A stretch of DNA of 64,000 nt from Gammaproteobacteria bacterium (GCA_963662545.2 CAXXLL010000002.1:2496001-2560000); one strand, 5' to 3'. Shown: positions 21,364 through 32,494, numbered from the stretch's first letter. Translations and numbers: made by a program. Notes: a model not told the origin generated them from the sequence alone.

Positions 21364-21561
21364 GGACGAACATCGCTCGTTTTTTTAAGTCCTTCAGCGC
21401 CTAAATACGATCGCAATCAGCGACAGATGACACAGAGAGACAAAAAAAATATACCGCGCACCTGTTAAATTATTTTTTATTCTCTGTGCACGCTGTGGTC
21501 CTATTTTTTTAATCCGTAAGTAACTCTGCGTATCCGCTCAACGGCTAAGTCCGAAACGCTG

Positions 21562-22347
21562 CTAGGTGCGGTCAAGCGCACGCGAGAGGAAATCCGAGAT
21601 GTAATCCAGGGTCGCGTCAGTCCGCGCGACATGTGGTGCGTGGCCGCAGCCAACGAAATTGACCGTCTCCACGAGTCCGCTCACTCCCGCCGCGATGCGC
21701 TCGACGTGGATCGAGGTCGAATATGGATCATCGTCGCCACGCAGGGTCAACACGGGTATGTCGATATTCGCGAGATGCTGCTCGATGTTCCAGCTCCTAA
21801 AACCGGGATCGAGCCATGTATCGCACCAGCCGCGGAAGGCACAATCGACGTTGTTGCCGTGATAGCGGACCAGCTTCGAGCGTAAATCGGTCGATTCGTA
21901 GTCGCGTGCGGCCGCCGCGATCGTCGCCACGCCCTTGTCCTCGGTCAGCACGTGCGGCGCCATCAGTATGAGCGCACGGATACGCGGATCGCGCCGCGCG
22001 CCAGCGTACACGATAGCAATCGATGCGCCGTCGCTGTGGCCCAGCAAGATACTGTCTTCGAGCGACGCAGCGTCGAGCACCTGAGGGAGTACGTCGAGGG
22101 CATCGCGTGTGTGGAAATCGAGCGGGCGAGGCAGATCGATGGCGGAGGAGCCTCCGTAGCCCGCGCGGGAATACGTGAAGACCGCCAACCCGGTATTTTC
22201 GTTAAGGCGCGCAGGAAATTTTTTCCACCCGGCCACACAGCCCAGGCCCTCGTGCAGCAGTACGAGGGTCGGGCCGCGACTGCGGCCCGGGAGTCGCTCG
22301 TATTCGAGCGATAGATCCGCGACCGAAATGAATCCGGTCTCGGCCAT
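21562..22347 (-). CDS. Alpha/beta fold hydrolase
   Basis: LLHEGLG, GHSDG nucleophile elbow, CGHAPH. Confidence 0.9.
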   Translation of the reverse strand: MAETGFISVADLSLEYERLPGRSRGPTLVLLHEGLGCVAGWKKFPARLNENTGLAVFTYSRAGYGGSSAIDLPRPLDFHTRDALDVLPQVLDAASLEDSILLGHSDGASIAIVYAGARRDPRIRALILMAPHVLTEDKGVATIAAAARDYESTDLRSKLVRYHGNNVDCAFRGWCDTWLDPGFRSWNIEQHLANIDIPVLTLRGDDDPYSTSIHVERIAAGVSGLVETVNFVGCGHAPHVARTDATLDYISDFLSRALDRT

Positions 22348-22370
22348 CTACCCGCGGAATCTCCCGGCGA

Positions 22371-23765
22371 TCAGGCCGCGAGCAGACCTTCGCCGTTGGC
22401 CCAGTCCAGGGTCGCCGCCATGGCTTTTTCGAACTTGTCGAACATTTCATCGACCTGCTCGGAAGTGATGATGAGCGGCGGACAAAACGCCATGACATCG
22501 CCAATCGCGCGGCAGATCAGACCGTTGGCGTGACAGTGGCTCAGACATTCCGCGCCGACCTTGCCGGCTGGGTCGAAGGCCGTCTTCGACGCCTTGTCCG
22601 CAACCAGTTCGACCGCGCAGAGGAGCCCTACACCGCGCACCTCGCCGACCAGGGGGTGATCGGCGAATCGCTGCACGCGCTCCTGGAACTGGGGCGCCAG
22701 CGCGGCGACGTGATCGAATAATTTATCGCGTTCGTAGATCTCGAGTGTCTTCAAGCCGACGGCGCAGGCGACCGGATGCCCGCTGTAGGTAAAGCCGTGA
22801 CCGAACATGCCCATGTCGTCGGCCGCATCGAGGAAGGCCTGGTAGATTTCGTCCTTGATGATGACGGCGCTCAAGGGTTGATACGCGCTGGTCAACGCTT
22901 TCGCCAGCGAGATCGAATCCGGTTCAATATCGTAGGTGTCGGCGCCGAAGGGATTGCCGGTGCGTCCGAATCCGCAGATCACCTCGTCGTCGATGAACAA
23001 TACGTCGTATTTCTGGAGTACCGTCTGGATTTTCTCGAAATAAGTTGCGGGCGGAGTGATCACGCCGCCCGCACCCATCACGGGTTCCGCGATGAAAGCC
23101 GCAACCGTCTCCGGCCCTTCGTCGAGAATCAGTTTCTCGAGATTTGCCGCCAACCTCGACGAATAGTCTTCTTCCGACTCGCCGGGCTCAGCATATCGCC
23201 AGTAATGCGGCATGTCGGTATGCAGAAAGCGTCCGCCTGCTAGCGGCAGATCAAACCCTTTATGCGAAAGCGGCAGGCCCGTGAGGCTGCCCGCGGCAAG
23301 CGTAATGCCATGGTATCCCTTGACCCGGCCGATGATCTTTTTCTTCTCGGGCCGGCCGATGACATTGTTGTAATACCAGACCAGCTTGATCTGGGTGTCG
23401 TTGGCATCGGATCCGGAGTTACCGAAAAATACCTTTGATTCGTGCAGCGGCACCATCGCTTTGAGTTTCTCAGCGAGTTTGATTCCGACTGCGTGACTCC
23501 TGCCAGAAAAGAGCTGCGCATAGGAAAGCTCTTTTATCTGATCGTAGGCGGCCTGGGCTAGCTCTTCGTTGCCGTAGCCGAGCGCAGTACACCACAGGCC
23601 GGCGAGACCTTCGAGATACTGATTGCCCTGGTCGTCGTACATATAGACGCCTTCCGCGCGCTGCAACACCATGGGGCCCGTCTTATGATGTTGTGCGAGA
23701 TGGGTTTGCGGGTGCAACACACTGGCGAGATCCCTTGCTGCCATGCTTCCGGGTTCAATATTCAA
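22371..23765 (-). CDS. Class III (omega-amine) aminotransferase
   Basis: SGSDAND, FIAEPVMGAGG, DEVICGFGRTG, LAKALT (PLP lysine), HGFTYSGHP. Confidence 0.92.
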   Translation of the reverse strand: MNIEPGSMAARDLASVLHPQTHLAQHHKTGPMVLQRAEGVYMYDDQGNQYLEGLAGLWCTALGYGNEELAQAAYDQIKELSYAQLFSGRSHAVGIKLAEKLKAMVPLHESKVFFGNSGSDANDTQIKLVWYYNNVIGRPEKKKIIGRVKGYHGITLAAGSLTGLPLSHKGFDLPLAGGRFLHTDMPHYWRYAEPGESEEDYSSRLAANLEKLILDEGPETVAAFIAEPVMGAGGVITPPATYFEKIQTVLQKYDVLFIDDEVICGFGRTGNPFGADTYDIEPDSISLAKALTSAYQPLSAVIIKDEIYQAFLDAADDMGMFGHGFTYSGHPVACAVGLKTLEIYERDKLFDHVAALAPQFQERVQRFADHPLVGEVRGVGLLCAVELVADKASKTAFDPAGKVGAECLSHCHANGLICRAIGDVMAFCPPLIITSEQVDEMFDKFEKAMAATLDWANGEGLLAA

Positions 23766-23888
23766 GACCTATCTCCTTGCTGGGATGGACCTTCGGTGGG
23801 CGGGCAATTCTAGCAGGATGCCGAAAACGCGGTTTGGCGGCAGTGTGCTGAACGGTTCCGGGTACTCTGCCTCCCGCCACGGCACTGC

Positions 23889-24434
23889 TCAGTCCCTGTC
23901 GTCCACCGTCACGAATATCCCAACCGGCGTTGGATCCAGTAGGACGACCAGTGGCTGGCGGCGAAGCGAACTGCCGTCGCCCGCGCTCGCGCGCACCCAC
24001 AGCGCCGACGCCGATTGCATTACGGTGAACTCGGAGTTGCCGGCGTCGAGCGCGCGAACGAGGAAAGGACGCGCGACGGGCGGCAAGCGCATCTCACGTT
24101 GGGCGTAGCGAGAGGCTATCGCGGGACTGATCTGGACATAGGATACTTCTTCAAGCTCCGCGATCGCTTCATCGACAACCACCGCTTCGACCGGGTAAAC
24201 CTGCCACGGCGCCAGTGCGATCGAATCCTCGCCAAATTGATGCGGTGCGCGGTACCAGGGGTGGTCGGATACAACCGCTTCTTGCGGCCCCGGCGTGCAA
24301 GCCGACAAAACAAGAATCACGAGAACACTCGACAATCGACACGCCTGATCCCTGAGGCCGCGAAATTTCTCAATACCCGAAATTCCGCACCTGCGCTGCC
24401 CCACCGAATTACCCATTTCAACCACATTGTTCAT
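23889..24434 (-). CDS. Hypothetical lipoprotein
   Basis: Hydrophobic stretch ending in lipobox LVLSAC; true start probably internal. Confidence 0.55.
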   Translation of the reverse strand: MNNVVEMGNSVGQRRCGISGIEKFRGLRDQACRLSSVLVILVLSACTPGPQEAVVSDHPWYRAPHQFGEDSIALAPWQVYPVEAVVVDEAIAELEEVSYVQISPAIASRYAQREMRLPPVARPFLVRALDAGNSEFTVMQSASALWVRASAGDGSSLRRQPLVVLLDPTPVGIFVTVDDRD

Positions 24435-24617
24435 ACCGCGAGTTTACCCGAGTGACGAAACCCTTGTAACGGTCTTAGACCCCGAGGGAAGTATCGCTGT
24501 CGTTCTCCCGGCGTTCGATGAGACGGCGCTTCCCGCTGCGGTTCCCATTCGCGAGCTTATTCGCCCACCCGCCCGCGAGTAGACTATGCTGGGGAGCAAA
24601 ATCGAGGTGGAACGCAC

Positions 24618-26180
24618 GTGTTCGAACTTACGCAGATGAACTGCCTGGCCGATATTCCGCGCTTGCAGGCGCGTCTCCGCCCGGATGGCACGGCGCAGAT
24701 ATTCGAAGATCGCAGGACGACGTTCGCCGAATTCGATCGGCGCACGAACCAGGTGGCGCGTGCCCTGCTCGACCTCGACCTCGAGCCGCAATCTCGCGTG
24801 GGCTACCTAGGCAAGAATTCAGACCGGTATTTCGAACTGCTTTTCGGCGCTTTTAAATCGAATACCGTCATCGTGGGCGTGAACTGGCGGCTGGCGGCGC
24901 CGGAGATCGAATACATTCTGAACGACGCCGACTGCAAGGTGCTGTTCGTTGGCGCCGAGTATTACGACATGGCCGCGCAGCTTGCTCAGCAGTGTCCCGG
25001 TATTTCGACGATGGTAGCGATGGATGGTGCGCATCGCGAGTGGCCGGCATTCGAGGCATGGCGTGAAACCTGGACGCAGGACGAGGTGCACGTAGCGATC
25101 GCGGCGGACGATGACGCAGTCCAGCTTTATACGAGCGGCACGACGGGCCACCCCAAGGGCGTACAGCTGACCAACGCTAACTTTCTCGCCCTCTTCGAGG
25201 CGACTGAGGCCGCACAATGGGGGATTTTCGAGGCAGGCGACGCGGCATTGGCATGCATGCCGGTGTTTCACATAGCCGGCGTCAACATGGGTGTGCTGTC
25301 CATTGCGCAGGGCACCACCAACGTCATTATGAAAGAGGTCGACCCCGGCCTCATCGTCGATTTCATTTCCCGCTACCGCATCAACTATGTCTTTTTCGTG
25401 CCCGCAGTGATGCTCTTCATGAGCCAGTTACCGAAAATTCGGGACGCGGATTTTTCGTCACTGAAAAAATTATTTTACGGTGCGTCACCGATTAACGAAG
25501 ACCTGCTGAAAGACTCTCAGGAAATATTCGGCTGCGATTTTTATCAAGTCTACGGCCTGACTGAAACGACGGGTGCGGGCACTGTCCTGCCGCCGCAAGA
25601 CCACACCGACGGCAAGCTCCGCTCCTGCGGAAAATCCTATCCCGGTATCGACATCAAGATCGTGGGCGCCGACGGTGAATCACTGCCGCCGGGAGAGGTG
25701 GGTGAGATCGCCATTCGCCATGCGGCGGTGATGAAAGGCTACTGGAACCGCCCCAAAGCAACGGAAGAGGCCATCAAAGACGGTTGGTTTCATACCGGTG
25801 ATGCCGGTTATACCGATGAAGACGGGTATATCTACATCTACGATCGGGTCAAGGACATGATCGTCTCGGGCGGCGAAAACATCTATCCGGCCGAGATCGA
25901 AAACGCTTTATCCGGCCACGAGGCCGTCGCTGACGTCGCGGTGATCGGCGTGCCGGACGAACGCTGGGGCGAGACGGTCAAGGCCGTGATCGTTTTGCTT
26001 CCCGGTGCGGCGTCCTCGGTCGATGAAATCATTGCCTTTGCCCGCACGCGTATCGCCGGATTCAAGGTTCCGAAGTCGATCGATTTCGTCGACGAACTGC
26101 CACGCAACGCTTCGGGCAAGGTCCTGCGACGCGAATTGCGGGCACCCTACTGGGAGGGTAAGGCGAGAAACGTGAATTAG
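24618..26180 (+). CDS. Long-chain fatty acid--CoA ligase
   Basis: YTSGTTGHPKG, YGLTE, GWFHTGD and PRNASGK motifs. Confidence 0.92.
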   Translation: MFELTQMNCLADIPRLQARLRPDGTAQIFEDRRTTFAEFDRRTNQVARALLDLDLEPQSRVGYLGKNSDRYFELLFGAFKSNTVIVGVNWRLAAPEIEYILNDADCKVLFVGAEYYDMAAQLAQQCPGISTMVAMDGAHREWPAFEAWRETWTQDEVHVAIAADDDAVQLYTSGTTGHPKGVQLTNANFLALFEATEAAQWGIFEAGDAALACMPVFHIAGVNMGVLSIAQGTTNVIMKEVDPGLIVDFISRYRINYVFFVPAVMLFMSQLPKIRDADFSSLKKLFYGASPINEDLLKDSQEIFGCDFYQVYGLTETTGAGTVLPPQDHTDGKLRSCGKSYPGIDIKIVGADGESLPPGEVGEIAIRHAAVMKGYWNRPKATEEAIKDGWFHTGDAGYTDEDGYIYIYDRVKDMIVSGGENIYPAEIENALSGHEAVADVAVIGVPDERWGETVKAVIVLLPGAASSVDEIIAFARTRIAGFKVPKSIDFVDELPRNASGKVLRRELRAPYWEGKARNVN

Positions 26181-26279
26181 GAGGTCGTGCGACTGGACGC
26201 TGGCGGAACGGCGTTGACCCTCCTTGGGGCGGTCAATGACCGCTAGCGAATCACCGGTGAGGGGACGCCGGCGAGCAAA

Positions 26280-27149
26280 TCAGTATCGCCGCAGAAGCTC
26301 GATGAGACTCGAGGTGTCCCAGCGCTGACCGCCGAGTTTTTGTACTTCCGCGTAGTATCCGTCGATCAAAGTCGTAACCGGCAGGCGGGCACCGTTGCGC
26401 GCGGCTTCGGCGAGGACGATCCCGAGGTCTTTGCGCATCCAGTCGACGGCAAACCCGAAATCGAATTCGCCGCGGCACATGCTGCCGGCGCGGTTTTCCA
26501 TCTGCCACGATTGCGCGGCGCCTCGGGAGATGACTTCAATGACCGCATTCATGTCGAGTTTCGCGCGCTGTCCGAAATCAAGCGCTTCGGCCAGCCCCTG
26601 CAGCACCCCGGCAACGCAGATCTGATTGACCATCTTGGTCAATTGGCCGCTACCCACGGGCCCCATCAAGACGCAGGCGCGCGCATAGGCGTCGATCACG
26701 GGCCGCGCGCGCTCGAAGGCGCGGCCCTCGGCACCGCACATGATGGTCAGCTCACCGTTCTCGGCGCCGGCCTGTCCGCCGGAAACCGGCGCATCGATGA
26801 AGTGCACATCGCGTTCGATCGCGACCGCGGCGAGTTCCCGCGCGACGACGGCGGACGTCGTCGTGTGATCGACGTAGATCGCATCGCGTTCCATGGCCTC
26901 CAGCGCACCCTCGGCGCCCACTAGGATCTCGCGTAGATCGTCATCATTGCCCACGCATGAGAAAACGATCTCGGCTCCGCGTGCGGCATCGCGCGGCGTG
27001 GCCATTGATCGACCGGCGTGTTCGCCTAGCCAACATGCCGCTTTTTCGGCCGTGCGGTTGAAAACGGTGACGTCGTGCCCCGCCGCGCTCAAATGGCCCG
27101 CCATCGAATATCCCATGACACCGAGGCCCAGAAAACTAACTCTCGCCAT
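26280..27149 (-). CDS. 3-hydroxyisobutyrate dehydrogenase family NAD(P)-dependent oxidoreductase
   Basis: FLGLGVMG, DAPVSGG and KMVNQ motifs. Confidence 0.9.
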   Translation of the reverse strand: MARVSFLGLGVMGYSMAGHLSAAGHDVTVFNRTAEKAACWLGEHAGRSMATPRDAARGAEIVFSCVGNDDDLREILVGAEGALEAMERDAIYVDHTTTSAVVARELAAVAIERDVHFIDAPVSGGQAGAENGELTIMCGAEGRAFERARPVIDAYARACVLMGPVGSGQLTKMVNQICVAGVLQGLAEALDFGQRAKLDMNAVIEVISRGAAQSWQMENRAGSMCRGEFDFGFAVDWMRKDLGIVLAEAARNGARLPVTTLIDGYYAEVQKLGGQRWDTSSLIELLRRY

Positions 27150-27651
27150 AGATTTCCAGCTCCTGAATTACCTTTCTTTGACTCGCCGTGCTGGTACTGT
27201 CGTTCGAGCACCGAACAATCGAATCAACGGCGATGACGGGTGCGAAGACGGCCTAATGCTGAGGATTGAACGCAGAAATCCGTGCTTCACACGGTCTGCG
27301 AATGTGTTCTCCCGCACGCGAAATAGCGGATTCTATCATCCATAAAGAGCCTATTAAACAATTGGTTGCGATTCTACAGGTTAAAATAAGCAACGCTTTC
27401 AGGAGCGACGAAATTTTAGGATGCCGTCTTCGAAGCTTGTATCGAGCGGGCCGGTTTTGAACGCAGCCACTGCCCATCGAATGGGCATTCTTAACGATCC
27501 GGGAGGAGCGTTTTGGACGTGAGAGAAGCGTTAGGTTGAGGGTCAAGGGCCACGGCTTAATCGCTCTTCGGCATGACGAGACAAATTCAAATTCGCCGGC
27601 AGTCGGGCGATTGCGTTCATGCAGCTGCGCAGTGCGCTGGAACCCTCGATA

Positions 27652-29292
27652 TTAATTGCGGCCCCGGGCACAACCATCAAATCTCGGCTCGCTCGCCCCG
27701 GCATATCCCGTATTGATCCGGCGCACGCATTGATACCCGCCCATAAACTGCTGGACGGCATCAAGGTTGGAAGACATCTCGTGTCCCCGCGATTTCATGT
27801 CGCCGATCAAGCCCTGCTCGAATTCAGCTTCGTAGAACACCTGGCCGGCATCCGCCTGGCGCGTCACCGTCGGCGTATTGAGGCCGTCGTGCCGCATGCG
27901 CGGCGCCCTTCCCGCGGCATCGGGGTCCATATCGAAGTCGAGCATGTTCACCAGCACCTGTACCTGGCCCTGCGGCTGCATGTCGGCGCCCATTACGCCA
28001 AGGCTCATCAAGGGCTCGCCACCGTGCATGACGAAGGCGGGAATGATCGTGTGGAAGGGACGCTTGCCCGGGGCGTAGGCGTTCGGATGTTGCGCGTCGA
28101 GAGAAAACGCAGAGCCGCGGCTCTGCAACGCAAATCCCATTCCGTCGGGCACGAGGCCTGAACCAAACTTGACGAAGATACTTTGAATCAGAGACACCAT
28201 GAGCCCCGCATCGTCGGCCACACTGAGATAAGTTGTATCACCCCGGGACAGGGTTGGATCACCTTGCACCGGACGGCAGAGCGCCCGGTCGGTAATGAGG
28301 GCTGCACGTTCCGCGGCATACCCTTTGTCATTGAGTGCGGCGATGGGTACCGCGCCGAATTCCGGGTCGCCATAAAACCGCGCCCGGTCTTCAAAGGCGA
28401 GTTTCTTCGCCTCGATGAAGCGATGCCAGTAGTCGGCCGACTCGGGACCGTATTCGGCCAGCGGAAAATTCTCGAGGATGTTCAACATTTGCAGAACGGT
28501 CAGGCCCTGGCCGTTCGGCGGCAGTTCGTAGACGTCATAGCCGCGGTACTCCGTCGTGATCGGGTCGACCCACTCGACGCGTGCTTGTGCGAAGTCTTCT
28601 GCGGTCAGTCTGCAGTCGACACCGGCGAGATACGCGACCATTCGCGCAGCGATGTCGCCCTTGTAAAAATCGTCAAACCCTCGTTCGGCAAATCCGGCAT
28701 AGGTGCGCCCAAGGTCCGGGTTGCGTACGGTATCGCCCGCGTTCGGCGGCCTTCCATCGAGGAGAAAGGTTTTCCGCAAGTTGGCTTTGAATTCGTCGGG
28801 GGTGGGCGCGCTCATCGCCATACTCGCCGACTTGTGCCACCACGCCGCGGTTGCGGGGCCGATCTTGACACCCGCTGCGGCATATTCGATTACCGGCGCG
28901 AAGATGTCGCCCAGGTTTAAGCGGCCGAAGCGTTGGTGCAGCGCCGCCCAGCCCCTCACGGCGCCCGGCACGGTGATCGAATGAACGCCGTTGACAGGGA
29001 TCGCCTGATCGCCGTCGAGCCGCCTCTTGAGTTCAGCAAGGCTTTGGGCGCGCGGGCTGCGGCCACTGGCATTCAGGCCATGCAGTTTCCGTGTTGCCGG
29101 ATCCCACACAATGGCGAACAGATCACCACCGGGTCCGCACATGAAGGGTTCGCAGAGACTCAGCATGGCGTTAGCGCCGATCGCGGCGTCGACCGCGCTG
29201 CCGCCGCGCTCGAGTAATTCGACGCCGACGTCGGTGGCCAGAGTCTGGCTGGTCGCGACCATGCCACGGGCTGCGGTAACCGGCCCGCTCAT
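27652..29292 (-). CDS. ggt: Gamma-glutamyltransferase family protein (no signal peptide)
   Basis: GGSAVDAAI, TVPGAV, PPNGQG, GDTTY nucleophile, PGKRPFHTIIP. Confidence 0.9.
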   Translation of the reverse strand: MSGPVTAARGMVATSQTLATDVGVELLERGGSAVDAAIGANAMLSLCEPFMCGPGGDLFAIVWDPATRKLHGLNASGRSPRAQSLAELKRRLDGDQAIPVNGVHSITVPGAVRGWAALHQRFGRLNLGDIFAPVIEYAAAGVKIGPATAAWWHKSASMAMSAPTPDEFKANLRKTFLLDGRPPNAGDTVRNPDLGRTYAGFAERGFDDFYKGDIAARMVAYLAGVDCRLTAEDFAQARVEWVDPITTEYRGYDVYELPPNGQGLTVLQMLNILENFPLAEYGPESADYWHRFIEAKKLAFEDRARFYGDPEFGAVPIAALNDKGYAAERAALITDRALCRPVQGDPTLSRGDTTYLSVADDAGLMVSLIQSIFVKFGSGLVPDGMGFALQSRGSAFSLDAQHPNAYAPGKRPFHTIIPAFVMHGGEPLMSLGVMGADMQPQGQVQVLVNMLDFDMDPDAAGRAPRMRHDGLNTPTVTRQADAGQVFYEAEFEQGLIGDMKSRGHEMSSNLDAVQQFMGGYQCVRRINTGYAGASEPRFDGCARGRN

Positions 29293-29479
29293 GGCGTTGC
29301 CTCAGCTATGAGTCGATGCCACCCGCTGCTCGAGCGTATAAAAATTAGTTTCCACATCGCGCTATTCTAACCGAGGGACAAGTCCGGATATCTCAGCAAC
29401 GGGGCCTGTTGATCAATAATATTTGGCTTCACTGTGTTCCGTAACTGACCCACTGATCGATTCAGTGCAGTAAGCTTAT

Positions 29480-30838
29480 TCATCCGGAGGCGTGCGCACC
29501 GCTCATGAGCGTACGCAGGTACATCACCGCGCCACCCAATGCCCACAGGCCGCAGATCATCCACTCCTGGGGCCACAGCAGTGCGGCCGGGCTCCAGGGT
29601 AGATAGAGGGTCGCCATGGCGCAGGCAAAGGCAAAGGCGAGCCATCCGCAGACCGGTCCGAACGGTACGCGATAGGGGCGTTCGAGATCGGGTTGCTGGC
29701 GCCTGAGTACGATAAACGCCAGGGCGACCACAGCATAGGCGATGATGACGCCGACGGAGCCCGCGTTGACCAGCCACACCAGTGCGGAACGCCCAAACCA
29801 CGGTGCCACGCAGGATATCGCGCAGATCAGCCACAAGGCGCGCGCGGGACTTGCGTGTTTATCATCCAGCCTGGCCAGCCAAGAAGGCAGCATACGGCTC
29901 GACGCCAGGGCGTAAATGAGCCGGCTGGCGGCGAGGAGAAAGGCATTCCAACTCGTGATGATGCCGGCGATCCCGCCGCACACTAAAACCGTACCCGCCC
30001 AGGTTCCCGACCACGCGGCGACCGCCGCGTCGGCAGTCGTCAGGGTCGATTGCGCGCGCGCCGAAGGGCCCAGTACGTAACCCACTGCGAGCACGATCAA
30101 CACGTAGAAGGCGGCGGCGGCGATCACCGAGAACACCACGAGCGCGCCGATGCGGGCGGGCGGCAGATCGATCTCCTCGGCGGCCTGCGGGATGACGTCG
30201 AAGCCGACGAATAAGATCGGAATCATCACAAGCACACTGAGCGTGCCGGTCAGACCGTTCTCGAACAATGGTGTCATGTTATCCATTCCGCCGCTGAACG
30301 ACGCGCCGCTAATCAGGACCGCGCCCGACAGCAGTATCAGTACTGTAACGAATCCCTGCAGGCGCGCGGCCGTCGAAATGCCCCATACGTTGACGGTGGT
30401 CAACACCAGGGCGGCAGCGATACCGATGGCTATTTGGCTGGCGTAAACATCCCATCCGGCCACCCGCCATAACAGGCCGACCTTGATCGCCGGAAACAGG
30501 TAAGACAGCGCGAAAGGCAGGGCCACTACTTCGAAGGCGACGACCGAGACATAACCGAGCAGCAAGGCCCAGGTACAGACGAAGGAAACATGGGGTCCGA
30601 AAGCGCGGAGGGTGTAGACGTGCTCGCCCCCGACTTTGGGCATGGCCGAAGCGAGTTCGGCATAAGTCAGTGCGATCAAGACCATGCCAATCCCCGCCAC
30701 CGCAAAGGCCAGCGCTGCGCCCAAGGTGCCGGCCTCGCCGATCCACAGGCCCGTCAACAGAACCCAGCTCCAGCCCATGATCGCGCCGAAGGCGAATGCC
30801 ACGACGTGGTGGCGTTTCAGTATCCGTTCAAATTCCAC
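29480..30838 (-). CDS. APC family amino acid permease
   Basis: YAELASAMPKVGG, FVGFD and RPYRVP motifs; multiple TM helices. Confidence 0.9.
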   Translation of the reverse strand: MEFERILKRHHVVAFAFGAIMGWSWVLLTGLWIGEAGTLGAALAFAVAGIGMVLIALTYAELASAMPKVGGEHVYTLRAFGPHVSFVCTWALLLGYVSVVAFEVVALPFALSYLFPAIKVGLLWRVAGWDVYASQIAIGIAAALVLTTVNVWGISTAARLQGFVTVLILLSGAVLISGASFSGGMDNMTPLFENGLTGTLSVLVMIPILFVGFDVIPQAAEEIDLPPARIGALVVFSVIAAAAFYVLIVLAVGYVLGPSARAQSTLTTADAAVAAWSGTWAGTVLVCGGIAGIITSWNAFLLAASRLIYALASSRMLPSWLARLDDKHASPARALWLICAISCVAPWFGRSALVWLVNAGSVGVIIAYAVVALAFIVLRRQQPDLERPYRVPFGPVCGWLAFAFACAMATLYLPWSPAALLWPQEWMICGLWALGGAVMYLRTLMSGAHASG

Positions 30839-30925
30839 GAACGGTTTTTATCGATCCAAATCGGTTCGATTGGCCCGACACGCATGCGCGAGCTTCGTAT
30901 TCCCTTACGTCGATTATCAGCTTAG

Positions 30926-31086
30926 GGAATCTCTGAATAAGTCATGGTGCGTCTGAATTGTTCATGCAATGGTGCAGATCAAGGCACGAATCGCAGGCCA
31001 TAGCGGGGTTAGGGCTAAGGTTCGTAACGTAAGGCTCCGCCATTTCATGGGCCAGGCAGATGGGCCATGACTTATTCAGAGGTTCC
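30926..31086. mobile_element. IS5-like MITE, copy 1
   Basis: TIRs GGAATCTCTGAATAAG / CTTATTCAGAGGTTCC; flanks TTAG/TTAA; homologous to 36038-36199 and 40280-40442. Confidence 0.8.
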
Positions 31087-32494
31087 TTAAAACTTGCGGA
31101 CCATCGTAATCAAAAATCTTGCCGGGATTCAGAATGCCCTTGGGATCCAGCGCTTGCTTGAGGCGCCGCATGAGTGCGATTTCGCTTGCACTGCGCGATA
31201 CCGACAGCCAGGGCTTCTTTTCGAGTCCGATGCCATGTTCCGCCGATACGGAGCCGCCAAGCGAGGCGAGCGGCTCGTAGATCGCGGTCTCGATCTCGTG
31301 CCGGTATTTCTCCGTTTCGTTACCCACGGCCACGGCAAAATGAAGGTTGCCATCGCCGAGGTGGCCAAACGAGAAAAAATCGGCTTCGAAGGCACAGTCG
31401 TTCAGGCGCTGCCTGACAAGGTCGACATAGCTCGCCATCGGCCGCACGGCCAGGCTGACATCGAAGAACACGATGTCGCCCACCTCGAACAAGTGTTCGA
31501 CTTCGTCGCGGACGCGCCAGATGGCCGCGCCTTCGCTGTTCGATTTGGCCACGATCGCATCGGCCAGCAGCCCGTCTTCGTGCGCGCGGGTCAGCGCGTT
31601 CTCGAACGTTTCCGCTTCCCTCTCTTGATTGGCGCCCAGTGATTCGACGATCGCATAAAACGGCCGCTCCGGATCCATCTGCATCGCGGGGCCCCCGACC
31701 TTATCCCGCGTGTAAAGAAAATAGTCCGGCCACATGACTTCATAGGCCGACAGGTTGCCGCTCAGAGCGCCATCGAGATACGACAGGAATTTCAACACCG
31801 CCTCGTAGTTGGGAAAGGCGACCAGGGCCGTGTGCTGGGCGGAGAGCGACGTACGCAGCCGGAGGACCAGGCGCGTGACGACCCCCAGCGTCCCCTCGCT
31901 GCCGATGAAAAGCTGTTTGAGATCGTATCCGGAATTGTTTTTGATCATGACATTCAGCGAGGATACGACGGTGCCGTCGGCCAGAACTGCTTCGAGGCCG
32001 AGTACGTTCTCGCGCATCATGCCATAACGGATAACCCGCAAGCCGCCGGCATTGGTTGCCACGTTCCCGCCGATCTGGCATGAACCGCGTGCGCCGAGAT
32101 CGACCGGGAACATCAAGTCTTGCGCCGCCGCCGCTTCGTGGATCTGTTGGAGGAGCACGCCGGCCTGGACCGTCATCGTGCGTCCGAGCGTGTCGATATC
32201 CTCGATGGCGTTCATGCGCTCCATCGAGATGACGAGGTCCGCCGGTCCGGAATCAGCGGCGCGGACAAGGCCTGTGAGTCCGCCGTGCATGACCACCGAT
32301 TGTCCGTGTTCATGACAGAGCGCCATGACCGCCGCCACTTCTTTAGTGGAAGTCGGCCGAACGATCGCCTGCGCCTGAATCGTGTCCTGGCGCCAAACAC
32401 CGGCGACACGGTTCGTCACGTCCGCGCCGGTCAGTACATCACCCTTGTTCAGGACGGCCTCAATCTGTTTGACGAATTCACCCACTGTGTTCAC
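31076..32494 (-). CDS. FAD-binding oxidoreductase (D-2-hydroxyacid dehydrogenase / GlcD-like)
   Basis: GGNVATNAGG, KNNSGYDL, GSEGTLG, GHLGDGNLH, SAEHGIG, NPGK; stop codon lies inside the MITE. Confidence 0.9.
   Translation of the reverse strand: MNTVGEFVKQIEAVLNKGDVLTGADVTNRVAGVWRQDTIQAQAIVRPTSTKEVAAVMALCHEHGQSVVMHGGLTGLVRAADSGPADLVISMERMNAIEDIDTLGRTMTVQAGVLLQQIHEAAAAQDLMFPVDLGARGSCQIGGNVATNAGGLRVIRYGMMRENVLGLEAVLADGTVVSSLNVMIKNNSGYDLKQLFIGSEGTLGVVTRLVLRLRTSLSAQHTALVAFPNYEAVLKFLSYLDGALSGNLSAYEVMWPDYFLYTRDKVGGPAMQMDPERPFYAIVESLGANQEREAETFENALTRAHEDGLLADAIVAKSNSEGAAIWRVRDEVEHLFEVGDIVFFDVSLAVRPMASYVDLVRQRLNDCAFEADFFSFGHLGDGNLHFAVAVGNETEKYRHEIETAIYEPLASLGGSVSAEHGIGLEKKPWLSVSRSASEIALMRRLKQALDPKGILNPGKIFDYDGPQVLRNL

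Noticed and set aside
27659-27672. GGCCCCGGGCAC match to the tRNA-Leu 3' end
   Set aside because: Short, GC-rich, wrong orientation for an att duplication and inside the ggt coding end
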